DNA of 23,728 nt from Nitrosopumilales archaeon. GTDB lineage: Archaea > Thermoproteota > Nitrososphaeria > Nitrososphaerales > Nitrososphaeraceae. Under the pieces are notes generated by a model. It ran no database searches, was not told the DNA's origin, and saw only the letters and a list, made by a program, of their open reading frames with translations. Of the stretch, positions 1 to 8,575 are shown in pieces (the first letter of the stretch is position 1; each line of letters starts with the position of its first letter). The translations under genes were made by a program, and so were the position numbers. Location of the stretch: the NCBI GenBank assembly GCA_044507735.1, contig JBIQJB010000029.1, forward strand, positions 1-23,728, given 5' to 3'.

Positions 1-55
1 ATGAAAAAAGCTAGGACAGTCCTAGCTTTACGCATTACCCTAAGTTAACAGAGCC
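1..55 (-). mobile_element. Probable terminal inverted repeat/end of an IS6-family-like insertion interrupting the DUF1156 gene
   Basis: Minus strand from 55 reads GGCTCTGTTAACTTAGGG, resembling IS6-family ends (IS6100 GGCTCTGTTGCAAA, IS26 GGCACTGTTGCAAA); it starts where the methylase frame turns into GLC*. No transposase is visible in the window. Confidence 0.5.
7..29. repeat. Perfect 11-bp-arm palindrome AAAGCTAGGAC-A-GTCCTAGCTTT, followed on the minus strand by a T-run (terminator-like)
   Basis: Read directly from 7-17 and 19-29. Confidence 0.75.
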
Positions 56-935
56 CTTCTGGTGTTGGTAATTCATAATACTTCCCGCCCTTGACTTTTG
101 TTACGATTGCAATCAATTCTCTATCTTTGAATTTGGATATTGCCTTGGTAATCTGTTCCCGATCTATACTATTCCTGCATCTGATGCAGATAGCCTTGCC
201 ATTTTTCTGGGTAAAACTATTTCCTTCCTTTAGGCTTAAGTTGTAATCTATATGCACACTGAAGTCATGATTCTTGTTGACCAGAAACTTGACTCCTGTC
301 CTTCTTCCCTTTCCCCTAGCTAACCACATATTGTTTGTTAATGGAAATCGCTGATTACAATAGGGGCATCGCATACACCACATCCAGACATAAGCAAGAG
401 CCTTATTTTCAGCTCTATCAAAATATGGATGCAGTTCTTTCCTACATCTGTCAATTACTTCATATCCAAATTTTTCAACATCTTCTACAAGTCTCTGTCC
501 ATACTTAGTAGGGAAATATAGACTCCCGTTCATTATCAAGTATGCTAGTGGATTGTAGTCCATTGCTACGCAGTTTAAGCCCAATTCTTTAGCTTCAAAA
601 ATAAGATTACCCGCTCCAGCAAAGGGATCAAGTACATTAATTTCCTTAGGATTTTTCTTTATTTGCTTGGCATAGACCTCTAAATTAGGTTTAAAATTGA
701 AAGCAGGTTTGTCTCTAGAGAGACCCAGCAATGAACTGATTACATTGATGTTATCCAAAGTACTGGCCAAAACTACTGCTCGACCTACAATTAGTGGCTT
801 TCTAGTCCACCAGTAGTGGATCTCATTTATCGGCGGCTTTGCATTACCTAGTTTTTCCCTTCTTGCCTCTGTACTGACCGAGGAAAATAGTTTGACTAAA
901 TCTATTGTCTCTTCCTCGATGACTGTATTATTCAT
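45..935 (-). pseudogene. DUF1156-family adenine-specific DNA methylase, N-terminal part, apparently truncated
   Basis: IHYWWTRKPL (DUF1156 signature), SAM-binding VLDPFAGAG, DYNPLAY, zinc-ribbon CPYC/CIRC; about 300 aa whereas family members are usually about three times longer and carry a C-terminal DPPY motif, absent here. ATG 935 preferred over 968 because it overlaps the end of the upstream gene. Confidence 0.8.
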
Positions 936-1278
936 AGAGGGATCTCCACGCCTTTCCAGTTCTCTCATTTGTCATGAATTTGCTGGCCCAAAAATGAACT
1001 TCCATCCCACTCAGAGATTCTACTGTACTGATAAACTGCATTGCTTCATGCATGTTTCTCGCGCATTTCAGAACTTGCAATCCGACAAACATCCTCGCGA
1101 CATTTTCATTCCATTCCTTTGATTCAAAGGTCAGATGCTTTAGTGCAAAGTCCTTTCTCCATCCCTTTACATACGATAGATTGAACGCCTTCTTTCCGAA
1201 CCTATCGTCAACTTCTATCTTCATTACCGCGGATTTACCGCTCTTGCTTTCTGAAAGGAGGTGGTTGAAATTCCTCAT
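928..1278 (-). CDS. Small protein of the DUF499-DUF1156 system (DUF3780-like position)
   Basis: 116 aa; ATGA overlap with the DUF499 stop; C-terminal LSGMEVHFWASK...AWRSLY resembles the xEEaxYW..K/Ralr.l motif of small proteins in this operon slot. Confidence 0.7.
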   Translation of the reverse strand: MRNFNHLLSESKSGKSAVMKIEVDDRFGKKAFNLSYVKGWRKDFALKHLTFESKEWNENVARMFVGLQVLKCARNMHEAMQFISTVESLSGMEVHFWASKFMTNERTGKAWRSLYE

Positions 1279-3980
1279 GTCTTTGAGACCTTGATCTTGT
1301 ACTTTGTGAATTCGTTGGTAAGATCGGTATCTGATGTGACTATGACACTACCATTACCACTGTATCTATTCATGAGAGATTGAATCAGACTCTTGATCTC
1401 TGGTATTCCAGCGGGATTGGTATCAATGCTTATGGTATCGGTTTCTGTCCTCATTGAAACGTGAAGCTGTGACCTGACACTGCTCCCAACTATAATGACA
1501 GGTAATGTTTGAAGTACAGCAAAGAGTTCCTTGAGATCATGGCAGCTTATTGAATAATGATACTCGGGTTTCCCACCAAGTTGCTCTTGCGATCCTCGTT
1601 CATTTTCAGCCACCTGTTGTTCTTTGGAAGATACTTGTTCGGACTTGGAGTATACGCGGTCTTTCTTTATGATCCAGCCACTCCAGTTTACGAATGCAAT
1701 GTTTTCACCTATTCTAGCGACATACTTGCCCTCATTCTGAACCGGCTCATGTTCTTCCGAATATCCGAAAGTACCTTGTTTTACGCCTTCTTGAACTGCT
1801 TCAAGTATTACTTTTCCATTTAGAATCAGACGCTTGCTCTTGTCCTTTTTGAATAGAGCGTATACATCCTCTACCCGCGCCTTATCTTCTATCATATCAG
1901 ATAGCACATCTGGAAGGAGCTTGTCTACTAACTGTCCTTTCTTGCGGAGTAACTCGAGTATCGCTCCTGTCAGGTCTCTGCTTTTAGTATCAAGAGTAGA
2001 GATGGCATCGCTCCTAAGGTCATTAAGATGAGAATATGCTACCTTGGAGTATACATTCATGCACTCAGATTTTAGATTGCCCTGAGCATGGTTTAGCCTG
2101 TCCCTTACTATGGGCATATTATTTTTGTCAAGTTTGATGCGCTCATCTTTTTGGGCCTTTTCTATTGCACAGACAAGCTTGGCGCTCTCGACTAGAGATT
2201 CAACTCCAAACCGATCTGCGTAGATGAAAACCAGTGTGTTCTGATAGTCTCTAATGTCCCCATTTGGCCTGTATTCGATCAAGGGTTTTAGATATTCCTT
2301 GTAATTATCTTCATTGATTTTTTCCTCGTAGTTGACTGCAAATATTTTCAACTTGTCATTGTCTTCGACCATCTCCCTATCCCACAGGATCACATTTACT
2401 CCATCCTGGGGTGGCAAGAGTGAGTCGAGTGTCTCGTAGATCTTGTCCTTAGTCTCCCTAGGAGAAACCTCTTGGGCATAGTCATAGATAATCTTGTTAA
2501 TGCTTGGTTCCTTGTCAAAGTAGAATTCAGTACCTTCTTGCTTCAGATACCAATACTGCTTTGACATATCGTCAAGGGCCTCCTCAATAGTATCAGGGTC
2601 AATCCCTGGATAACACACTCCTAATTGGAGTTCGCTCTTTTTTATCCCAGATTTTCTGCTGCTTCCTATGATCGAGTAAATGTAAATTGTTCTTGCCATT
2701 CGCTCAAAGACCTTGATGTTTCTTTTTTCATCTAATGCCTTTGACTTTTTTATGCAGTCACTTTCAATGACCGGCTTGTAATCCGCCATGTCTATCTTTG
2801 AGGTCAGCTCTTCTTGGATCTCCTTGTCCTCGAGCTGAACATCAGCTGTGCTTACCAATTGGCAATTTTCCTTGTTGGTGTTCAAATTGCGAAGGACCAG
2901 TGCTAGTAGTCGTAGAATACCTCTTGTCCTGTTGAACTTTTCTACAGTAGATACTCGTTCATAGAGGACATCGATTAGGAACGGATGAAAGGGGTATGCC
3001 TTTCGAAGATTCACTTGAAAATCTGGATCTACTGGTATTCCCTTTTCCACATAGTATTTGTAGTATTCTTCAGTTACTTTTGCCGCAACATTCTGATTGA
3101 ATTCCTTGACAAGTCGCGTTCTTATCACATCATAGACCTCTTTTTTCTCGACTGGTGCTTTGAATTGCACTTGGCGTGAGAGAACGTCTCTCAGGTTATC
3201 GACTATAGTATCTACGCGATAGTCCCGGATCGACTTTAACGACTCTCTGAGCTTCTCTGTATATCGTTCGTAAAGCTGCTGCTTTGCAGTGAACGTCATG
3301 ATAAGCACAGAGTTCTTGCTGGCTGAAACTGCACTAATCAGGTTTAGGATAAATCCGATTGTCAAATCTGCTAGTGTTACCTTGCCGACCTGCTCTGCGT
3401 CTGCGGTTAGCAAGAAATGCGGCAATTCATCGATTAGCAAAAGTGTAGGCTTGTCAAAGAGCGCTTTGATCATTCCGATGTCTTTAATCGGCTGCTTGGC
3501 CCTGTCAAGCTCCTGCATCTCTTTGTATCTGCCCAAAGAGTCTGCAATCTCGCCCCAGAGAGTGTTCTTTGTCAACCTCCTGCAATCAATGGCTACAACG
3601 TTGGTCTGTGGGACATCGGCTATGTCATAGTCTTTATGCAGATTGTATTTCTTGATATAATCCCTGCCAAGGTCTTTGTTTTTGAACAGATGGTAAAGAA
3701 GGAGTATCGTGTGGGTTTTTCCACCGCCAAACTCTGTATCAATAATATATGCAGGTTGCCCTTCGCCGCGGGATACCCTCACGAGGGCATCCTTCAGGAT
3801 GAGTTTCGCGTTTGAAGTCAGAAATGTATTCTTCAAAAAGAGCTTTGGATCTTTGTAAATATCGGCTGCTGAGCCGTCCAAAACAGAATGCAGTTCAACT
3901 GCAAATTTGCTATAATCGAGCTGGTTATTGATTATTTCGTCGCTGAATTTGCATGTCTTCCAGACACTATGAGCATCCAT
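1275..3980 (-). CDS. DUF499-family AAA+ ATPase (restriction-like/BREX-related defence ATPase)
   Basis: 901 aa; Walker A TEFGGGKTH, TLWGEIA, Walker B LLLIDE, YPFHP, FNRTRGILRLLA, all typical of DUF499; adjacent to DUF1156. Confidence 0.9.
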   Translation of the reverse strand: MDAHSVWKTCKFSDEIINNQLDYSKFAVELHSVLDGSAADIYKDPKLFLKNTFLTSNAKLILKDALVRVSRGEGQPAYIIDTEFGGGKTHTILLLYHLFKNKDLGRDYIKKYNLHKDYDIADVPQTNVVAIDCRRLTKNTLWGEIADSLGRYKEMQELDRAKQPIKDIGMIKALFDKPTLLLIDELPHFLLTADAEQVGKVTLADLTIGFILNLISAVSASKNSVLIMTFTAKQQLYERYTEKLRESLKSIRDYRVDTIVDNLRDVLSRQVQFKAPVEKKEVYDVIRTRLVKEFNQNVAAKVTEEYYKYYVEKGIPVDPDFQVNLRKAYPFHPFLIDVLYERVSTVEKFNRTRGILRLLALVLRNLNTNKENCQLVSTADVQLEDKEIQEELTSKIDMADYKPVIESDCIKKSKALDEKRNIKVFERMARTIYIYSIIGSSRKSGIKKSELQLGVCYPGIDPDTIEEALDDMSKQYWYLKQEGTEFYFDKEPSINKIIYDYAQEVSPRETKDKIYETLDSLLPPQDGVNVILWDREMVEDNDKLKIFAVNYEEKINEDNYKEYLKPLIEYRPNGDIRDYQNTLVFIYADRFGVESLVESAKLVCAIEKAQKDERIKLDKNNMPIVRDRLNHAQGNLKSECMNVYSKVAYSHLNDLRSDAISTLDTKSRDLTGAILELLRKKGQLVDKLLPDVLSDMIEDKARVEDVYALFKKDKSKRLILNGKVILEAVQEGVKQGTFGYSEEHEPVQNEGKYVARIGENIAFVNWSGWIIKKDRVYSKSEQVSSKEQQVAENERGSQEQLGGKPEYHYSISCHDLKELFAVLQTLPVIIVGSSVRSQLHVSMRTETDTISIDTNPAGIPEIKSLIQSLMNRYSGNGSVIVTSDTDLTNEFTKYKIKVSKT

Positions 3981-4066
3981 CTCGTTACTAAGCTTAATTC
4001 AAAGAATGTTTGCTTAAGAACTTTTAGCTAGTATTTACTTCTGTTAATATACTAGAGTTTATCGTG

Positions 4067-4801
4067 CTATCCGGCTTCGCCCTTCGCTGTTACGGCTGTC
4101 AGGGTAATATCGACCAACTGCTTTGCCAGCTCCAACGTTGATGCTTGAATCTGTCCGGTCAATGTCCCATCATTTAATATTGTCACATTCATTACGGCAT
4201 TCGAGAGAAACACTCTTAGACCAATTAGATGTAATTTATCGCCTTCAACTGGATATTTGTCAAGAACTCTGGTGTCTGTTACGTTCAATTGTCTTTCTTG
4301 AAGCTGTGAATGAATCTTGGATTTGAGACTGTCAGGAGTTTGACCAGATATTGAAAAGCTACCCCTGGCACGAAAATCATATGATTCGGGCCCAGCACTA
4401 AATATTCTGTATTTTACACCTGATTGATGTACCTCTGGCTTTTCTTGAGCAATCTCAGTTTCAAGCACTTCTTCGATGTACTTTTTGAATCGATCCGTAG
4501 TTCGATCAAGTTCAACTGCAAATAGATAATCGGTATTGATCTGGTTTTCTCTTATTTTCTCTCCAACTTTCAATTTAGGATTTAGTTCAGAGTGTTCTTT
4601 TTTTACCGTTTTTCTGTAATCATCCAGCTCTCTCTTTAGCGAGTATCCTTCTGCTACAATTTCTCCAAGAGCGGCAGCAGATTCGTTGATCGACTCTTTG
4701 GCATCATCATAATCAGTTACCCAGAGACTTAGCTTGGCATCATACAAATGAGTCATGGCTCTTTCTATTGCTGATTTTATTTCCTCAGGAGTGCTTCTCA
4801 T
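4067..4801 (-). CDS. Hypothetical protein (helical/coiled-coil N-terminus, alpha/beta C-terminus)
   Basis: 244 aa ORF, ATGA-coupled to the upstream nuclease-like gene; no recognised motif. Confidence 0.7.
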   Translation of the reverse strand: MRSTPEEIKSAIERAMTHLYDAKLSLWVTDYDDAKESINESAAALGEIVAEGYSLKRELDDYRKTVKKEHSELNPKLKVGEKIRENQINTDYLFAVELDRTTDRFKKYIEEVLETEIAQEKPEVHQSGVKYRIFSAGPESYDFRARGSFSISGQTPDSLKSKIHSQLQERQLNVTDTRVLDKYPVEGDKLHLIGLRVFLSNAVMNVTILNDGTLTGQIQASTLELAKQLVDITLTAVTAKGEAG

Positions 4802-5526
4802 GGCCGCACCACAATGATCAGAGCATCATATTGCATATTACGAGCATCACGTATGAAAATGGCTACAAGTCCATAGTTCGTTCTTATTTGTTCAATCTGT
4901 TCGAAGGCCGAGCGCATTTTAGCTGCTATTTCTGGAGGATAGAATTTTGAAGCCCCCTTTGCTTCGGCAACCAATGGTGGTGCAATAGGTGTTGTACGAC
5001 CCGGTTCCAAGACTTCTGCAAGCTCTGGTGTAATAGAGCGGATGTAAAAGTCAGGTGACCTTCCAGTATGTTTGGTTGCCTTTAAATGGACTATGGCGCT
5101 AGGGAGCAATCCGTACCTTACTAGGAACATTGAGGCTAGTAGGGATTCCCCTATTGTTCCCGACATGTCTCCCGAGATCACCTTCCTCTGTAGTTTCTCT
5201 ACCGGCACTCTTCTGCCGGTGCGTTTGACGATGCTTGAAGGGATAGCAGGAGTAGGTACTGTAAGGGGAGGAAGAAGCCGCGAAGCGTAGAGTTGGAAGT
5301 GAAAACCAACTTTTTCAACCCATTTTTCTACATGTTTCTGCGCATCAATATCGACAAAGTCAGTATGCCACAAAATTGGAAAATCCTCTTCTCCTCTAGA
5401 CATACGACCATGGAAAGTAGTCGCTAGATTTTTGCTAGTGTCAATTATTTGTTGATCTGAGGCCAGGCTAGAAGAATCTATGCGTTCAATGTAAACATAA
5501 CCAGGTATTATCATCTCACTTCGCAA
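4798..5526 (-). CDS. Putative PD-(D/E)xK nuclease
   Basis: GTIGES (helix Glu), RSPDFYI, VAEAKG motifs in the expected order; start uncertain (TTG 5526 or ATG 5514). Confidence 0.7.
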   Translation of the reverse strand: MRSEMIIPGYVYIERIDSSSLASDQQIIDTSKNLATTFHGRMSRGEEDFPILWHTDFVDIDAQKHVEKWVEKVGFHFQLYASRLLPPLTVPTPAIPSSIVKRTGRRVPVEKLQRKVISGDMSGTIGESLLASMFLVRYGLLPSAIVHLKATKHTGRSPDFYIRSITPELAEVLEPGRTTPIAPPLVAEAKGASKFYPPEIAAKMRSAFEQIEQIRTNYGLVAIFIRDARNMQYDALIIVVRP

Positions 5527-5690
5527 TCTCTTGAAAGCTATGACGATGAGTCATGCTCCAATAGCCTTATCCGAAAGTGTTAGTAAATAATATTTTTGGT
5601 CTAGGACAGAGTCACCATATGACACCACCATCGATCAAAAACTGATTCAGGCTCTACAAATTGATAACCACTATTTCCTGTTTGGTCATT

Positions 5691-6797
5691 CTATTGCTGA
5701 TTCGGATCCTTGCGCCCTATATCGATCAATTCGCTAACCATATCATAGAGCAGAATGGGATTGCGATTCAACGTTTCCTTAACAACATCTGCCAACGCAG
5801 TTATGCTATTTTCTATATTCGTGATTAGTTTTGGCAAATAACCTTCATTACAAATCACTATGGGGATGCCGTAACCTAGATCTAGATTTTCGATTTTTCC
5901 AGTTGGATGTGGAGGCCTGAAGTAGTATATGCCATATCCAATATCCTCAAACCCTGCGATCTGATCATTCTGCATTTGAACACGTATCAATCCGTTGTTT
6001 CTACCTATCACCATCAAAGGAATGGTCAGCGATATCTCATACCACCCTAACCCTTCTAGAAACTCATTCATGAAACTAGTCAGAGCTTTGTCCATAGTTT
6101 TTTTATCAAGCTCATCACCAACGCGATAACGGGGAAACCTCTTTCTAGCATCACTGTGTCTAGTTACGAAATTATTCGCATCATCATTCTCTAGATAGAA
6201 ACTGCCCAATCCATAGAGAGCATTGCCAACATAATGTGTTACTGCATCAAGAATTTGCAGGCAAGCACCAAAAACCGTTCTATCAGATTCATGATACTGT
6301 TTGCCCTCCACGTCCACCTCTGCAATTTTTTCGATGATGGATGGGAAACTAAAGAAATCTGAAAGCCATTTTCGTTCTGAGCCGGACTCGAATATCTTCT
6401 TTCCGTCTAGGGTAATCGGGAAGGATCCATACAAAGACCGCTGGCTGCTATCAAATACAAAAAAATCATTTGTTGATGAATACTTGCACTCGCCGATGAT
6501 GCGCAATCTAAAGTCGATTTTACAATTGTGTAGTACAAACCCCTTAACCTCTTTCTCGAGATTTATGTCGATCTCGCGCAAAATAGATGTACCAGATTTT
6601 TCATCTTCATTGTAGTAATAGCGTCCAAATTCCTCCCGATAGCCCATTGCCTCCAGCTGCCTGATGACCGCGATTTCGAGGGGGAATCCTACCTTCTCAA
6701 TGTCTCTCTTCAATTCCTTTACAGCTTTTTCGCTATTCATCCATTCCTTGTATGACTTTTTGGCATTCGAGGATTTAGTCAAATGACTTAAGGGCAC
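5691..6797 (-). CDS. Putative PD-(D/E)xK restriction endonuclease-like protein
   Basis: GFPLE...REIDI...IIGECKYS motifs; 368 aa; start may be the later ATG (MNSEKAV). Confidence 0.75.
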   Translation of the reverse strand: MPLSHLTKSSNAKKSYKEWMNSEKAVKELKRDIEKVGFPLEIAVIRQLEAMGYREEFGRYYYNEDEKSGTSILREIDINLEKEVKGFVLHNCKIDFRLRIIGECKYSSTNDFFVFDSSQRSLYGSFPITLDGKKIFESGSERKWLSDFFSFPSIIEKIAEVDVEGKQYHESDRTVFGACLQILDAVTHYVGNALYGLGSFYLENDDANNFVTRHSDARKRFPRYRVGDELDKKTMDKALTSFMNEFLEGLGWYEISLTIPLMVIGRNNGLIRVQMQNDQIAGFEDIGYGIYYFRPPHPTGKIENLDLGYGIPIVICNEGYLPKLITNIENSITALADVVKETLNRNPILLYDMVSELIDIGRKDPNQQ

Positions 6798-7119
6798 AAT
6801 CGTAATATCCTCTATAATTATCTTCTAAGTTAAGACGATTGTTTCAGCATTCTTTGATATTATGCCGCCTATACAAAACCCTTGAATCTACTAGATTAGC
6901 TCAAACAATAGTTAATTACAGACAGTTTTGACGCTTCGTACACCAAACGTTGTGGACACCAGCTACATTCAAGACACACAAGTATATCGCATGTCATTGG
7001 AATTTTATAAAAAGCGTCCGGTGTGTCAAAAGTGTCAGTGCAGGATCGTATCAATTGCAACTCTAACCCATTTGTGAAACTCATTTAAGCCCAATTTGGG
7101 AGGGTTGTAGGGCAACGCG

Positions 7120-7470
7120 ATGAAGAAAGCGCCAAGGGGGCAAAGAAAAGCCAGAAAGAAACAAGTCACTGTTGATGATTCAGCCGTTGGAAAAGAGAAT
7201 CCTTCTGATAACGCAAAGTCCAAAGTCTTCTCTGATCAGTGGTTTCGAGAAGTTAGCGCCATCATAAAAGACATGGAGGAGTCAGAGTTGGACAAGCCAT
7301 ACCACACCCACAGCAAGGCCATGAAGATGCTGATGGGATATTTTTCACTCAGTTCCATAGCTATGCAGAATCTAGCACCGGACCAGAGGGAACGCGTAAG
7401 GAGAGAGTCAGAGAACGTGTGTAACCGGCTTGGATTCTCGCTTTTCTCCGATAAGGAAAGCAGAGTGTAA
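7120..7470 (+). CDS. Hypothetical protein with basic N-terminus
   Basis: 116 aa ORF with ATG, protein-like composition, convergent with 7479-7760. Confidence 0.6.
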   Translation: MKKAPRGQRKARKKQVTVDDSAVGKENPSDNAKSKVFSDQWFREVSAIIKDMEESELDKPYHTHSKAMKMLMGYFSLSSIAMQNLAPDQRERVRRESENVCNRLGFSLFSDKESRV

Positions 7471-7478
7471 TAGTAGCC

Positions 7479-7760
7479 TCATTTGTCCTTGTCTTTTTTG
7501 TTTATTCTTCCCAGAACGTACAGGACTCCTACCTGTGTAAGGGAGCAAACATCTCCGCTTTTTCCATGCGAGCTCACATACCCCTTGTTTTCAAGCCTCC
7601 TCATAATAGAATGAAACCCTTTCTTCAAGCCATACCTCTGTGACAACTCAAGCCAGTTTATTTTGGCTCTGACAATTTGGATAGGTCTATAGTCCATGCC
7701 AATTATTCCTTCATCATACATCCTCATCAGTATCTCTTCTTCGTAATCAGCCAATGTCAT
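7479..7760 (-). CDS. Small winged-helix-like protein
   Basis: 93 aa; helix MRRLENKGYV followed by a wing (SHGKSGDVCSLTQVG), a wHTH-like pattern. Confidence 0.65.
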   Translation of the reverse strand: MTLADYEEEILMRMYDEGIIGMDYRPIQIVRAKINWLELSQRYGLKKGFHSIMRRLENKGYVSSHGKSGDVCSLTQVGVLYVLGRINKKDKDK

Positions 7761-7957
7761 CGCATGAAGTCTTAATTTACCAATTGTACGGTATGTATAT
7801 AAACATTAGCATAGTTATATATATGGTCGCGCATAGTTATGTACATAATGACGACGCAAAGAACCCCACCCGCACTGTACAAGGAGTATTTAAAGAGCAG
7901 TGGCACAATTGTGACCAATTTGATAAATAATTGTTCTACAGAAGGTGTGTAGCTCCC

Positions 7958-8545
7958 ATGAAACAAAGACTAGCCGACCCGCAAGGAAGAAAAGAGAGCG
8001 ACAATTCTGCCGAAAGTTCCCGCACATCATTTGCAGAGGCATGCGAAACGGTGATGAAAGTTTTGGTGGAACAGCAGAAGCCATTCTCTATAAGTGGCAT
8101 AGCAAAGGAATCCAAACTGCACAGAAGAACAGTCGAGAAATGCATCGAATTATTGGCGAATCTGGAATCAAAAGGGCTAGAAGACTACAAGCTAGCATTG
8201 CATACCGTAGATAACAAGAAAATCATTACTCTGGAAAAAAGAACAGGCCTGCTATCCTATCCCCTGGACATCCAGAAGATAATATTGCGAGCGCAACACT
8301 TTCCAATGCCCTCCAGCGAAACCTATCAGATTGTAAACCTGTATCTGCGGGATGCCAAGTCCGAGAAAACCGCAATGGTTGTGGAAGAAAACGAAGTCTT
8401 GAAGAAGCTTGTAAAACAAGGACAGGTCATAGCATCAAAGAATGGCTTTTACTTATCCGAAGAAGGGATTGTAGTGGCGGAAGGAGCGTTAGAACTCTAT
8501 CCGTTTCTAAAGCAGCACAAGCCCGAGAAAGAAAAGAAACAATAA
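7958..8545 (+). CDS. Winged-helix transcriptional regulator (two probable wHTH modules)
   Basis: FSISGIAKESKLHRRTVEKCIELL HTH; C-terminal LKKLVKQGQV...FYLSEEG; ATG 7958 preferred over TTG 7931. Confidence 0.7.
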   Translation: MKQRLADPQGRKESDNSAESSRTSFAEACETVMKVLVEQQKPFSISGIAKESKLHRRTVEKCIELLANLESKGLEDYKLALHTVDNKKIITLEKRTGLLSYPLDIQKIILRAQHFPMPSSETYQIVNLYLRDAKSEKTAMVVEENEVLKKLVKQGQVIASKNGFYLSEEGIVVAEGALELYPFLKQHKPEKEKKQ

Positions 8546-8557
8546 TCCTCTCTCCTA

Positions 8558-8563
8558 TTTTTT
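8558..8563 (+). terminator. Oligo-T archaeal terminator candidate
   Basis: T6 run shortly after the 8545 stop, between convergent genes. Confidence 0.35.
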
Positions 8564-8575
8564 GGATCTACTGCA

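Noticed and set aside
6896-7223. Minus-strand 62-aa ORFs 6896-7084 and 7035-7223
   Set aside because: No motifs; they overlap a repeat-rich intergenic region or are antisense to 7120-7470.
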